Part shown: positions 35,651-44,881 of the stretch, in pieces
Numbering within the stretch: the stretch's first letter is position 1
How the letters are laid out: the number at the start of each line of letters is the position of its first letter
Source of the DNA: an uncultured Actinomycetes bacterium
GTDB taxonomy: Bacteria; Actinomycetota; Thermoleophilia; Solirubrobacterales; 70-9
Direction of reading: 5' to 3'
NCBI GenBank assembly: GCA_963766705.1
Contig: CAVYBE010000008.1
Span: forward strand, 35,281 to 99,280
Length of the DNA: 64,000 nt
Program-made: the position numbers and the translations under genes
The notes under the pieces: generated by a model
Told to the model about the DNA's origin: nothing
Seen by the model: only the letters and a program-made list of their open reading frames with translations
The model's database searches: none

Positions 35651-36762
35651 CGCAGCTCCACCTCCTCCGGCCTGAAGAACAGGTAGCGGCCCGAGTCGCG
35701 CATCAGGTCCTGACCGGGGTCGTCGTCGATCGTCACCCCGAGGTGGACGCCGTCCTCGTAGTCGACGTAGATGCGCTCGACCGTCGCCGCGCGGCCCGTG
35801 AGGATCACGTCGTAGGTGTCCCCGGCCACCTTGCGCGGCCGCAGGACGACGCGGGCGCCGCGCCTGATCGTGCGACCGCCGACGGTCGCCTCCGGCTCGC
35901 CCGCCTGCGGGTGTCCCGGCTCGAGCCGCCCGTGCAGGCCCATCATCTCCTCCGGGCCCGCCCCCTCGGCGCGCTCGAGCATCTCCCGCACCTTCGGGTC
36001 GGCGGCCGCGACCTCGGCCCGCTCGGCCTCGCTCAACGTCTGCACGTGCAGCAGCAGCGCCTCCTCGATCTCGGTGCTGTCGAAGAGCCCGCCGAGGCTC
36101 TCGGGGGCGATCCGCGGGTGGTCGGGCAGGAACATCGCCGCGCCCAGGACGACGTCGTCGTCGGCCGCGGCGAGGACCGGCCAGGTGTTGACGTTCTCGC
36201 AGGCGGCGACCGCCGCGCCGTGCGGGCCGTCGGTGTCGAGCGGCGAGACGAAGCGGCCGGCGCGGGCGCGGAGCACGACGTGGGTGGAGATCAGGCTCGC
36301 CCGCAGCGCCTGCGGGCGGTCCGGATCGTCGCCGTCGAGGTCGGTCTCGTTGTGGACGCAGAGCTTGACCCGCGCCAGGCCCGGCCCGACCTCCTCGGCC
36401 CGCAGGGCGGCGCGGCCGCGCAGCTCGGCCTCGGCGTCGAAGGCGAACCGGACGCGGAGGGGGGAGTCGCGGAGGCGCGCCAGCGGCGTGGCGGGAAGCT
36501 CCAGTGAGCGCTCGACCGCCTCGTGGCCGGCGCCACTCGGCTGCAGGAAGCGGACCGAGCCGGCGACCGTGGCGCCGGGTCCGTGCTCGAGCACCACCTC
36601 GGCGCGCAGCGTGGCTCGGGCCGCCGGGTTGACCGCCGCGTAGGCGGGCGGGTAGACGATCCCCTGCGGGGTCGGGGTGGCGTTCTTGGTCGCCGCGGGG
36701 GTGTAGGGGTAGAGCGCGTAGCCCTCGTAGAGCAGCGAGTCGATCAGCTCCTCGACGCTCAT
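35647..36762 (-). CDS. conserved hypothetical protein within the hydrogenase operon
   Basis: 371 aa with protein-like composition, coupled to both neighbours by 4-nt overlaps. No motif I can name. Confidence 0.65.
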   Translation of the reverse strand: MSVEELIDSLLYEGYALYPYTPAATKNATPTPQGIVYPPAYAAVNPAARATLRAEVVLEHGPGATVAGSVRFLQPSGAGHEAVERSLELPATPLARLRDSPLRVRFAFDAEAELRGRAALRAEEVGPGLARVKLCVHNETDLDGDDPDRPQALRASLISTHVVLRARAGRFVSPLDTDGPHGAAVAACENVNTWPVLAAADDDVVLGAAMFLPDHPRIAPESLGGLFDSTEIEEALLLHVQTLSEAERAEVAAADPKVREMLERAEGAGPEEMMGLHGRLEPGHPQAGEPEATVGGRTIRRGARVVLRPRKVAGDTYDVILTGRAATVERIYVDYEDGVHLGVTIDDDPGQDLMRDSGRYLFFRPEEVELR

Positions 36763-37466
36763 CGTTCGCCCCCGGCGTCGAGCAGTCGCTCCAGCGCCGC
36801 CTCGTAGGAGGGCAGGCCGGCCTCGAGCTTGAAGCGGCGCAGCCGCTCGATCGTCTCCGCCCCGGCCGGCACCCAGCCGCGATTCGGGTAGTGGGCGTCG
36901 ATCATCGCCTGCCAGACGGCGATCGGCATCCGCGTCTCGGCCTGCTCCTCCCAGGAGATCTGGACGATCTGCATGCGGCCATCGTCGCCCGCGTAGTAGA
37001 CGCTGCCGTTGAAGTGGAAGACGAGCGGCACCTCGCCGCCGGCGACGGAGCGAAAGTAGTTGGTGGCGGCGATCTCGAGGTCGTAGCCACAGGGGACGGG
37101 GACCGCGACCGAGCCGCTGCCGCGGAAGGGCTGGACGAGGACGTCGACCTCGGCCCAGGGCATCGTGCGGGTGGGCGCGCCGACCCGGCCGGGCTCGCCG
37201 AGCAGCTCGGTGAGGCGCTCGCGGGTCTCCTCGTCGTAGGCGCGCCGCGCCGGCTCGATCGCAATCTTGACCGCCAGCGCGATGGTGAAGACCTGGCGCT
37301 CGGAGCGGTCGGTGACGTCGAGGTCGAAGACCAGCGTCGGCGCCGCGGCCAGGCGGGGCACCCGGGCCCCGCGCACCTCGAAGTGGGGCCGCGGGTCACG
37401 CGGGCGCGGCGGTGCCTCCCGCACCGAGGCCCCGCCGTTGCCGGTGCCGACGGTCGAGCCGCTCAC
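36759..37466 (-). CDS. conserved hypothetical protein (DUF6084-like) of Hhy loci
   Basis: The GTG at 37464-37466 overlaps the upstream stop (GTGA). 235 aa: PHFEVRGARVPRLAAAPTLVFDLDVTD... The family name is recalled from memory. Confidence 0.6.
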   Translation of the reverse strand: MSGSTVGTGNGGASVREAPPRPRDPRPHFEVRGARVPRLAAAPTLVFDLDVTDRSERQVFTIALAVKIAIEPARRAYDEETRERLTELLGEPGRVGAPTRTMPWAEVDVLVQPFRGSGSVAVPVPCGYDLEIAATNYFRSVAGGEVPLVFHFNGSVYYAGDDGRMQIVQISWEEQAETRMPIAVWQAMIDAHYPNRGWVPAGAETIERLRRFKLEAGLPSYEAALERLLDAGGER

Positions 37467-38149
37467 GCCCTCATCCCCCGCCCTTCCGACTTTTCCGGGG
37501 TCATAGACCCCGAAAAGTCGGAAACCCCCGCGCGCAGGCGGAGCTCCTCGAGCAGCCGCGGGACGACCCGTTCGACCGCGGCGCCGCCGGAGATCCCCTC
37601 CCAATTGGCCTTCACCGCGCCGACCAGCCGGTAGCACTCGTCGATCGGCGCGATCAGCTGCTGGTGCGGCTCCTCGAGCCGGTTGACGATCAGCCCCTCG
37701 ACGTCCTCCTCGAGGTCGGCCAGCCCGGGGTTGGCGTCGACCAACTCCTCCCATGCGGCCAGGTCGAGCTCGCATTCCGTCGCCCCCGCCGGGCTCGGGT
37801 AGAGCCCGACGACGCCGCCGGTCGCGCTGGAGCGCATGAAGAAGACCAGCCCGATCGGGATCCGCAGCCGCGCCCAGAGGTCCTCGGGGAGGTCGAGTCC
37901 GTCGAGCCAGAGGAGCCGCGAGCCGGTCGGCCGGTAGGGGCCCTCGCCGGCGCGGATCGCGACGCAGGGCTCGCAGGCGCAGAGGATGCGCCGCTCCTCC
38001 AGGTGGAGCAGGTGGCGATGGTCGGCGGCCAGCTCCGCCCCGCAGAGGTCGCAGCGCTCGACCTCGGCGGCGGCGCCACGCCCGCCGCCCGTGGCCAGCC
38101 GGCGCAGGCGGGCGAGCAGCTCCGGGTCCAGTCGCTCCTCCGCGCTCAT
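37463..38149 (-). CDS. conserved hypothetical Cys-cluster protein (DUF5947-like) of Hhy loci
   Basis: 228 aa. Cys cluster ERCDLCGAEL...RRILCACEPC. The family name is recalled from memory. Confidence 0.65.
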   Translation of the reverse strand: MSAEERLDPELLARLRRLATGGGRGAAAEVERCDLCGAELAADHRHLLHLEERRILCACEPCVAIRAGEGPYRPTGSRLLWLDGLDLPEDLWARLRIPIGLVFFMRSSATGGVVGLYPSPAGATECELDLAAWEELVDANPGLADLEEDVEGLIVNRLEEPHQQLIAPIDECYRLVGAVKANWEGISGGAAVERVVPRLLEELRLRAGVSDFSGSMTPEKSEGRGMRA

Positions 38150-38217
38150 CTCAAATCCTCGCGCTCCGCTCCCGGCGCGAAGAGCCAGGGATGCACGCTT
38201 GGTCGCTCCGCGCTCAT
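38146..38217 (-). CDS. 23-codon relay mini-ORF bridging two hydrogenase-operon genes
   Basis: ATG at 38215-38217 overlaps the NifU-like stop (ATGA). It reads MSAERPSVHPWLFAPGAEREDLR and its TGA overlaps the ATG of the next gene (ATGA at 38146-38149). Its first 12 nt duplicate the start of that next gene. Confidence 0.3.
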   Translation of the reverse strand: MSAERPSVHPWLFAPGAEREDLR

Positions 38218-39152
38218 AGACCGACCGCCACCGTGACCTGGCCGTCGCCCTCGAGCAGCGGCACCGGTTCCAGCAGCAGCCGGTCGGCGTCCATCGAGCG
38301 CCCGGCCCGCGGCAGGTAGAAGCGCCGCCCGCAGGACGGGCAGGCGAGGACGCCGCCCTTCAGCTCGCCGCCGGAGACCGCGGCGCCGCAGCCCGCGCAG
38401 CGGTCGCGGAAGGCGAGCAGCGAGCCGCCGACGTTGGCGAGGGCGATCTCCACGCCGCCGACCTGGGCCCAGGCGAGCGCTCCCGCGGCGGGCGGCGGCG
38501 CGCCGAGCGGGAGCCAGCGCGCCGCGCCCGCGTCGCCGCCCGGCGCCGCGTCGCCGCCCGGCCCGCTGCCCTGGACGACCGGCAGCTCGATCCCGCCCGG
38601 CCGTGGCGGCGGCTCGACCAGGCCCTCGACCTCGAGGCCGACCATGTCCGGCGCCGCGTCCTCCAGCGCCTCCCTGATCGCCAGCTCCAGGGTCGAGGCG
38701 GAGGCCGGACAGCCGTCGCAGCTGCCGAGGAGGCGCAACCGCACCACCCCGTCCTCGACCGCGAGCAGCTCGACGTCGCCGCCGTGGGAGTCCAGGTAGG
38801 GGCGCACCCCGGCGAGCGCCTCGCGCACCCGCTCCTCCAGCGGGACCGGGTAGAGGTCGTGGATCAGCAGCAGGCCGGCGACCACCGGGTCCTCGAGCAG
38901 CGTGCGCTTCGCCTCCGCCCCCGCCGCCCCGGCCTCGTCGAGCGCCGCCCCGATCTTCGCCAGGCCGGCGCCGTGCACCTCCAGCACCGCCGCGACCAGC
39001 TCCTCCGCGGCCCCGCGGGCATCCGGGTCGGGGATCGCCTCGACCCGGTCGCTCAGCTCGCGCAGCCGCCCGAGCAGGTCCTCCTCGCTTCCGCTGTTCC
39101 TTTCCACCGGCATTCCGGCATAAGGAACGGCTGGGCGGGCGGCGGTCGCCAT
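38214..39152 (-). CDS. NifU-like Fe-S domain protein with C-terminal Cys-rich (Rieske/zinc-ribbon-like) domain
   Basis: 312 aa. NifU C-terminal pattern YLDSHGGDVELLAVEDGVVRLRLLGSCDGCPASASTL. C-terminal Cys pattern CAGCGAAV...CPSCGRRF. Confidence 0.75.
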   Translation of the reverse strand: MATAARPAVPYAGMPVERNSGSEEDLLGRLRELSDRVEAIPDPDARGAAEELVAAVLEVHGAGLAKIGAALDEAGAAGAEAKRTLLEDPVVAGLLLIHDLYPVPLEERVREALAGVRPYLDSHGGDVELLAVEDGVVRLRLLGSCDGCPASASTLELAIREALEDAAPDMVGLEVEGLVEPPPRPGGIELPVVQGSGPGGDAAPGGDAGAARWLPLGAPPPAAGALAWAQVGGVEIALANVGGSLLAFRDRCAGCGAAVSGGELKGGVLACPSCGRRFYLPRAGRSMDADRLLLEPVPLLEGDGQVTVAVGL

Positions 39153-39161
39153 GGGCGGGAC

Positions 39162-40937
39162 CTACGCCATCCCGGTCGGCTTGTGCAGGACCTTGCGGAC
39201 GCCCTTGCCGGTGTACATGTGGACGCCGCAGGGCAAGCAGGGGTCGAAGCTGCGGACCGCGCGCATGATGTCGACCCCCTTGAAGTCGTCCGGCCCGTTT
39301 TCCTCGAAGATCGGCGTGTTTTCCACCGCGTCCTCGTAGGGGCCGGGGGTGCCGTAGCTATCACGTGGGTTGCCGTTCCACGGCGTTGGCGGGTATGGCT
39401 GGTAGTTGGCCACCTTCCCGCCCCGGATCACCATGTGATGCGACAGCACCCCCCTGGCCGCCTCGTGGAAGCCGCAGGAGACCGATTCCTCGGGCACCTT
39501 GAACTGCGCCCAGGACTTGGTCCGGCCCGCCCTCACCTCTCCCAGCGCCCGCTCGAGGTTGTGCAGGCCGATCAGCGCCGAGTAGGCCTCGTGGTAGGCA
39601 CGGGCCCGGTCGCGCTCGATCGCGTTCGACTTCGCAGGGATCTTCCACTCCAGCTCCATCTCCGGCTTCGACGCGGTCCGCGGCAGCACCATCTGGATCG
39701 AGGACCCGGTGGCCTTCGCGTAGCCGAAGTCGACCAGCCCCGCCTTCGCCGTCACCCACTGGCGGGCGAACGGGCCGCCGCCGGTGTCGGAGGCGATGTA
39801 GGTGTCGGTGCGCTCGTCGTAGATCCGCGGCGAGGCGACCCAGCTGTATTTGTCGCCCCAGTCGCGCTTCTGCGGTTTCGGCAGCGTCGTCTTGTTCCAG
39901 GGATGGCGCTTGTCGACGGGGTTGCCGAGCGGGTCCCGGCTGACGTAGGTCTCCTCGTCGGTCCAGTCGTCGAAGTAGGAGGACCCGAGCAGGATCCGGA
40001 TCATCAGGTTGATGTCGACGAGATTGGTGGAGCGCAGCTCGCCGTCGATCACCACCCCCGGGGTGACGTAGCGCTTCTCGCCCCAGGCGCCCATGTTCCG
40101 GTACGTGTAGTCGACGTGGTCGGGGTCGTCGAAGGCACCCCAGCAGACCAGGTCGGTGCGCCGGTAACCGACGTCGTCGTACCCGGGCAGCTGCTCGAGG
40201 AAGAAGTCGTAGAGGTCGTCGTGCATCGGCACCGACCGCTTCACGTAGTCGATGTAGCGCATCAGCCGCACGTAGTAGTCGGTGCAGGTCTGGTGGGTGA
40301 TGTCGGCGCTGACCCCGCCCGGCATGATCGTCGACGGGTGGGTGTGGCGGCCGCCGAACAGGCAGTACATCTCGCGCGTGTAGCGGGCCACCTGCAGGGT
40401 CTCCAGGTAGAACTCGCCGGTGAACGGGTTGAGCGCCCGCATGATGTCGGCGATCGTCCGGTAGCCGTGGACGTCGGAGTGCGGCGCGGTCGTCGACTCG
40501 GCGGTCTGCAGCAGCGCCGGGTTGGTTTCCCGCACCATCTGCTCGCAGAAGTCGACGTTGGCCATGCAGTCGTTGAAGATCGCGTGGTCGAACATGTAGT
40601 CGGCCGCCTCGGCGAGGTTGTAGGCGAGGTCGCCGAGCGCGGGCGGCTTCACCCCGTAGGCCATGTTCTGGTTCAACACCGAGCAGGTGCAGTGGTTGTC
40701 GCCGCAGATGCCGCAGATGCGGCTGGTGATGAAGTGGGTGTCGCGCGGGTCGATCCCCTTCATGAAGATGTCGAAGCCCCGGAACACCATCGAGGTCGAG
40801 TAGCACTTGTTGACCTTGCGGGCGTCGAAGTCGACCTCCGTGTGGATGCCGAGGCTGCCGACGATCCGCGTGATCGGATCCCACGACATGTCCTTGACGC
40901 CGATTTTCTGCTCCCGGGGACTCTCCACGGTTGACAT
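39162..40937 (-). CDS. hhyL: [NiFe]-hydrogenase large subunit, group 1h (group 5, Hhy-type)
   Basis: 591 aa. L1 signature TSRICGICGDNH and L2 signature SFDPCLPCGVHM, followed by an 18-aa C-terminal extension for endopeptidase cleavage. Confidence 0.95.
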   Translation of the reverse strand: MSTVESPREQKIGVKDMSWDPITRIVGSLGIHTEVDFDARKVNKCYSTSMVFRGFDIFMKGIDPRDTHFITSRICGICGDNHCTCSVLNQNMAYGVKPPALGDLAYNLAEAADYMFDHAIFNDCMANVDFCEQMVRETNPALLQTAESTTAPHSDVHGYRTIADIMRALNPFTGEFYLETLQVARYTREMYCLFGGRHTHPSTIMPGGVSADITHQTCTDYYVRLMRYIDYVKRSVPMHDDLYDFFLEQLPGYDDVGYRRTDLVCWGAFDDPDHVDYTYRNMGAWGEKRYVTPGVVIDGELRSTNLVDINLMIRILLGSSYFDDWTDEETYVSRDPLGNPVDKRHPWNKTTLPKPQKRDWGDKYSWVASPRIYDERTDTYIASDTGGGPFARQWVTAKAGLVDFGYAKATGSSIQMVLPRTASKPEMELEWKIPAKSNAIERDRARAYHEAYSALIGLHNLERALGEVRAGRTKSWAQFKVPEESVSCGFHEAARGVLSHHMVIRGGKVANYQPYPPTPWNGNPRDSYGTPGPYEDAVENTPIFEENGPDDFKGVDIMRAVRSFDPCLPCGVHMYTGKGVRKVLHKPTGMA

Positions 40938-40941
40938 CTCC

Positions 40942-42003
40942 TCACCACCTCTTCTGGTAGCCGGTCGTCAGGGACGCCCCTTTTCGGCGCCACTCCGGCT
41001 CCTTGTCGAACTCGTTCTTGATGTGCCGATGGCGGAAGAAGCGGACCACGGGGCCGTAGCTGAACTTGGTGATCGCCGCCGCCGCGGCGCCCCATTTGTC
41101 CTCGTCCATGAACGGCATGTATTTGTCGGGGAAGCCGGGCATCGTGCAGGCCATGCAGATGCCGCCGACGTTGGGACAGCCGCCGACGCCGCTCTGCCAG
41201 CCGCGCACCGGCACGTTGCACTTCACCACCGGCCCCTTGCAGCCCAGTTTCACCAGGCAACGGTGGTCTGACCCGTATTCGGAGGCGAACTGGCCCTGTT
41301 CGGTGAAGCCCGCCCGGTTGCAGCCCTCGCGCACCGTGCGCCCGAACAGCCACTTCGGCCGCAGCGCCTCGTCCAGCTCCGGCGCCGGCGCCCGTCCCGC
41401 CAGGTGCAGCGCCAGGTAGAGCAGCGTCTCGGTGGTGTTGTCGGGCTGGGCCGGGCAGCCGGGTACGCAGACCACCGGCAGGCCCGCGGCCGACTTCCAG
41501 CTCCAGCCCAGGTAGTCGGGCAGGCCCATCGCGCCGGTCGGGTTGTTCTTCATCGCCGGGATGCCGCCGTAGGTGGCGCAGGTGCCGAGCGCGACCACCG
41601 CCGCCGCCTTCGGGGCGAGGCGGTCGACCCACTCGTTGGTGGTGATCGGCTGGCCGGTCTCGGGGTCGTCGCCCATGCCCGCCCAGTAGCCGTCGCCGTT
41701 GATCTGCTCGTTGGGGATCGACCCCTCGACGACGAGGACGAACGGGTCGAGCTTGCCCGCCTCGGCGTCGTACCACGCCTGCATGAACTCGGCGCCCACC
41801 TCGTAGGCGAGGACCGGGTTGTGGACGACCACTTTCGGCATCCCCGGGATCGCCTGCGTGACGATGTCCTCGAGGCTCGGGTTGACCGCCGAGGTCATCG
41901 CGACGGAGTCACCGTCGCAGCTCAGCCCGGTGGTCATCCAGATCACGTGCGCGGTGATCTCCTCCGTTTTCGCCTGGTCCGGCACGAACTCGGTCGCAGC
42001 CAT
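40942..42003 (-). CDS. hhyS: [NiFe]-hydrogenase small subunit, group 1h
   Basis: 353 aa. Fe-S Cys patterns: GLSCDGDS, GTCATYGGIP, CVPGCP, LGCKGP, CNVP, GGCPNVGGICMACTMPGFPD. No twin-arginine signal. Confidence 0.95.
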   Translation of the reverse strand: MAATEFVPDQAKTEEITAHVIWMTTGLSCDGDSVAMTSAVNPSLEDIVTQAIPGMPKVVVHNPVLAYEVGAEFMQAWYDAEAGKLDPFVLVVEGSIPNEQINGDGYWAGMGDDPETGQPITTNEWVDRLAPKAAAVVALGTCATYGGIPAMKNNPTGAMGLPDYLGWSWKSAAGLPVVCVPGCPAQPDNTTETLLYLALHLAGRAPAPELDEALRPKWLFGRTVREGCNRAGFTEQGQFASEYGSDHRCLVKLGCKGPVVKCNVPVRGWQSGVGGCPNVGGICMACTMPGFPDKYMPFMDEDKWGAAAAAITKFSYGPVVRFFRHRHIKNEFDKEPEWRRKGASLTTGYQKRW

Positions 42004-42019
42004 CTCGCTCCTCGCTTTC

Positions 42020-43114
42020 TCAACAGATCCGCGGCAACGGATCCCCGGCCAGCAGGTCCATCACCCTTCGTCCCCCGAACGCCGTCTCCACCAGCACCAT
42101 CCCCGGCGGCTCGGTCTTCACCTCGCCGATCTCCGCCGCCGCCTCGCAGCCCGGCAGCCCCCGCATCGCCGCCAGCGCCGCCGCCGCCCGCGGCGCCGCC
42201 ACGAAGGCGACCAGCTGCCCCTCGTTGGCGACGTACATCGGGTCGATCCCCAGCATCTCCGCCGCCCCGGCCACCGCCGGTTCGACCGGGATCGCCCTCT
42301 CCTCGACGACCATCGCCACCGCCGAGGCGCGGGCGATCTCGTTCAGCACGGTGGCGACCCCGCCCCGGGTGGCGTCGCGCATGCAGCGCAGGTCCTCGCC
42401 GGCGGCGCCGAGCAACGCGTCGGCGACCGGCCACAGGGAGCGCGTGTCGGACTCGATGTCGGCGTCGAGCTCGAACTCGCCGCGGGCCAGCATGATCGCC
42501 GTGCCGTGGGCGCCGACCGGGCCGGAGACGAGGATCCGGTCGCCCGGCCGCACCGCGGCCGGCGACGGCGCCGCGCGGGGGTCGACGGCGCCGACCCCGC
42601 TGGTGCAGACGTACATCTCGTCGGCGTGGCCGCGTTCGACCACCTTGGTGTCGCCGGCGACGATCTCCACCCCGGCCGCCTCCGCGGCGCCGGCGATCGC
42701 CTCGACCTCCGCGCGCAGCGTGTCGGCGTCGAGGCCCTCCTCGAGGATCAGCGAGAGGCTCAGGGCGAGCGGCCGGGCGCCGGACACGGCGAGGTCGTTG
42801 ACGGTACCGTTCACCGCCAGCTCGCCGATCGAGCCGCCGGGAAAGCGGATCGGCTTGACGACGAAGCTGTCGGTGGTCATCGCCAGCCTCGTCCCGTCGA
42901 CCTCGACCGCGCCCGCGTCGCCCAGCTCGGCGAGCGCCGCCGACCCGAAGGCGGGCGCGAACAGTCCCTCGATCATCGTCTGGGTCGCCTTGCCGCCGGC
43001 GCCGTGCGACATCGTCACCTGGGCGTCCTTGAACCGCGGCCGCTTGGAGCGGGTCGTCTCGATGATCCCGAGGACGCGCGCCTCGCGCTCGCCGATCGCG
43101 CCCGCCTCGGCCAT
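42020..43114 (-). CDS. hypE: hydrogenase expression/formation protein HypE
   Basis: Starts at MAEAGAIG. Motifs: SHGAGG and DATRGG, with C-terminal PRIC. Confidence 0.9.
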   Translation of the reverse strand: MAEAGAIGEREARVLGIIETTRSKRPRFKDAQVTMSHGAGGKATQTMIEGLFAPAFGSAALAELGDAGAVEVDGTRLAMTTDSFVVKPIRFPGGSIGELAVNGTVNDLAVSGARPLALSLSLILEEGLDADTLRAEVEAIAGAAEAAGVEIVAGDTKVVERGHADEMYVCTSGVGAVDPRAAPSPAAVRPGDRILVSGPVGAHGTAIMLARGEFELDADIESDTRSLWPVADALLGAAGEDLRCMRDATRGGVATVLNEIARASAVAMVVEERAIPVEPAVAGAAEMLGIDPMYVANEGQLVAFVAAPRAAAALAAMRGLPGCEAAAEIGEVKTEPPGMVLVETAFGGRRVMDLLAGDPLPRIC

Positions 43115-44229
43115 CAGGCGACCGCCTTCTCGCTCGCGAAGCGGCCGTAGTTGTAGTAGGCGGCGCAGGCGCCCTCCGGCGACACCATGCAGGTCCCGAT
43201 CGCGTGCTCGGGGGTGCAGGCGGTGCCGAAGACCTTGCACTCCCACGGCTTGATCACGCCCTTGAGGACCTCGCCGCACTGACACGCCTTCGGGTCGGCG
43301 ACCCGCACCCCGGGGACCTCGTAGCGCCGCTCGGCGTCGAAGTCCGCGTAGGCGTCGGCGAGGCGCAGGGCGCTCTGCGAGATGAAGCCGAGGCCGCGCC
43401 ACTCGAAATGGGGGCGCAGCTCGAAGACCTGCGACATCACCTCGAGCGCCCTGAGGTTGCCGTCGTAGGGAACGACGCGGGTGTACTGGTTCTCGACCTC
43501 ACAGCGGCCCTCGCCGAGCTGCCGGATGATCATCAGGACGGTCTGCAGGACGTCGAGCGGCTCGAAGCCGGAGATGACCACCGGCTTGCCGTAGTCGGCC
43601 GGGATGAACTCGAAGGGGCGGGCGCCGACCACCGTGGACACGTGCCCCGGCCCGATGAAGCCGTCGAGCCGCAGGTCGGGCGAGTCGAGCAGCGCCCGCA
43701 GCGGCGGCACGATCGTCACGTGGTTGCACATGCAGGAGAAGTTGGTGACGTTCTCCGCCTTCGCCCGCATCATCGTCAGCGCCGTCGAGGGGGCGGTGGT
43801 CTCGAAGCCGATCGCGAAGAAGACGACCTGGCGGTCGGGGTTCGACTTCGCCAGCCGCAGCGCGTCGAGCGGCGAGTACACCATCCGCACGTCGGCGCCT
43901 TCGGCCTTCGCCTCCAGCAGCGAGCGCTCGGAGCCGGGCACCCGCATCATGTCGCCGAAGCAGGTGAAGATGACCTCCTCGTGGCGGGCGATCGCGATCC
44001 CGTCGTCCACCCGGCCCATCGGGATCACGCAGACCGGGCAGCCGGGGCCGTGCACGAGCTCGACGTTCTCGGGCAGCAGGTCGTCGATCCCGTAGCGGTA
44101 GATCGAGTGGGTGTGACCGCCGCACACCTCCATCAGCTTGTAGTGGCGGTCGGGGTCGACGGCGGCGAGGATCTCCCCCGCCACCACCTTGCCGAGCGCC
44201 GCGTCGCGGAACTCCTCGACGAACTTCAC
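43114..44229 (-). CDS. hypD: hydrogenase formation protein HypD
   Basis: GTG start (VKFVEEFRD) overlaps the upstream stop (GTGA). Motifs: EVCGGHTHSI, GPGCPVCV, GFETTAPS. Confidence 0.9.
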   Translation of the reverse strand: MKFVEEFRDAALGKVVAGEILAAVDPDRHYKLMEVCGGHTHSIYRYGIDDLLPENVELVHGPGCPVCVIPMGRVDDGIAIARHEEVIFTCFGDMMRVPGSERSLLEAKAEGADVRMVYSPLDALRLAKSNPDRQVVFFAIGFETTAPSTALTMMRAKAENVTNFSCMCNHVTIVPPLRALLDSPDLRLDGFIGPGHVSTVVGARPFEFIPADYGKPVVISGFEPLDVLQTVLMIIRQLGEGRCEVENQYTRVVPYDGNLRALEVMSQVFELRPHFEWRGLGFISQSALRLADAYADFDAERRYEVPGVRVADPKACQCGEVLKGVIKPWECKVFGTACTPEHAIGTCMVSPEGACAAYYNYGRFASEKAVA

Positions 44230-44462
44230 GGCGCCACCTCCGCCGCGCGGGCGATCGCGGTGCCGGCGTGGACGAGCAGCCGCTCGCCGGGGGCGACCGG
44301 CTCGACCAGCGCCGTCTCGACGCTGCCGCGCGCCCCGTCGGCGGCCGCGCAGAGCGCCAGGCCGCGGCGGGCGTCGACCACCAGCACCTCCATCGGGATG
44401 GCCTCGTCGCCGCAGGTGATGCAACCGGTGGTGTGGTCGCACTGCGAGACGTGGCCCTGCAT
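44226..44462 (-). CDS. HypC/HupF-family chaperone paralog lacking the N-terminal Cys
   Basis: 78 aa: MQGHVSQCDHTTGCITCGDEAIPMEVLVVD...ERLLVHAGTAI. It has the OB-fold-like HypC pattern but a CITCGD motif in place of the MC start. Confidence 0.65.
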   Translation of the reverse strand: MQGHVSQCDHTTGCITCGDEAIPMEVLVVDARRGLALCAAADGARGSVETALVEPVAPGERLLVHAGTAIARAAEVAP

Positions 44463-44477
44463 GTCAGCCCCTCGCCC

Positions 44478-44756
44478 TCACTCGATCGCGCTCGCCTTCA
44501 GCTCCTCGAGCTCCTGCTCGTAGTCGGCGCCCATCCCCTCGAGCAGCTTGCGGGTGGCCGCCGCCTCCTCCTCGTCGACCTTGGAGATCGCGAAGCCGAC
44601 GTGGATCAGGACCCAGTCGCCGGGGCCGACCGGTTCGCCGCCCTCGTCGAGGAGACCGACGTTGACGTTGCGGCGCACTCCGGCGACGTCGACCTTGGCG
44701 AGCCGATTCTCCTCGTCAACCACTTCGAGCACCAGTCCTGGAATGGCCAGGCACAT
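44478..44756 (-). CDS. hypC: hydrogenase assembly chaperone HypC
   Basis: Canonical MCLAIPGLVLEV start at 44756, plus DWVLIHVGFAI. Confidence 0.9.
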   Translation of the reverse strand: MCLAIPGLVLEVVDEENRLAKVDVAGVRRNVNVGLLDEGGEPVGPGDWVLIHVGFAISKVDEEEAAATRKLLEGMGADYEQELEELKASAIE

Positions 44757-44881
44757 CTCGAACTCCAGTCGGTCGATGGCGGGGTCCCGTGACCCGACTG
44801 TCGGTATAGCACCCACCCCCACCCGTCTGTCAAGGCATGACCACCATCCATGACCCCCCATCGCCGGCCCGTTCCGGCCAC

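Noticed and set aside
40942-42003. Tat signal on the hydrogenase small subunit
   Set aside because: The N-terminus MAATEFVPDQAKTEEITAHVIWM has no twin-arginine motif. Its absence is expected for group 1h enzymes, so this is not an anomaly.
44801-44836. Sigma-A-type promoter for hypC (TTGACA ... TATACC on the minus strand)
   Set aside because: The spacing is 19 nt and the -10 hexamer lacks the final T, which is too weak to call without TSS data. The nearby 5+5-bp interrupted hairpin (44766-44800) is likewise marginal.
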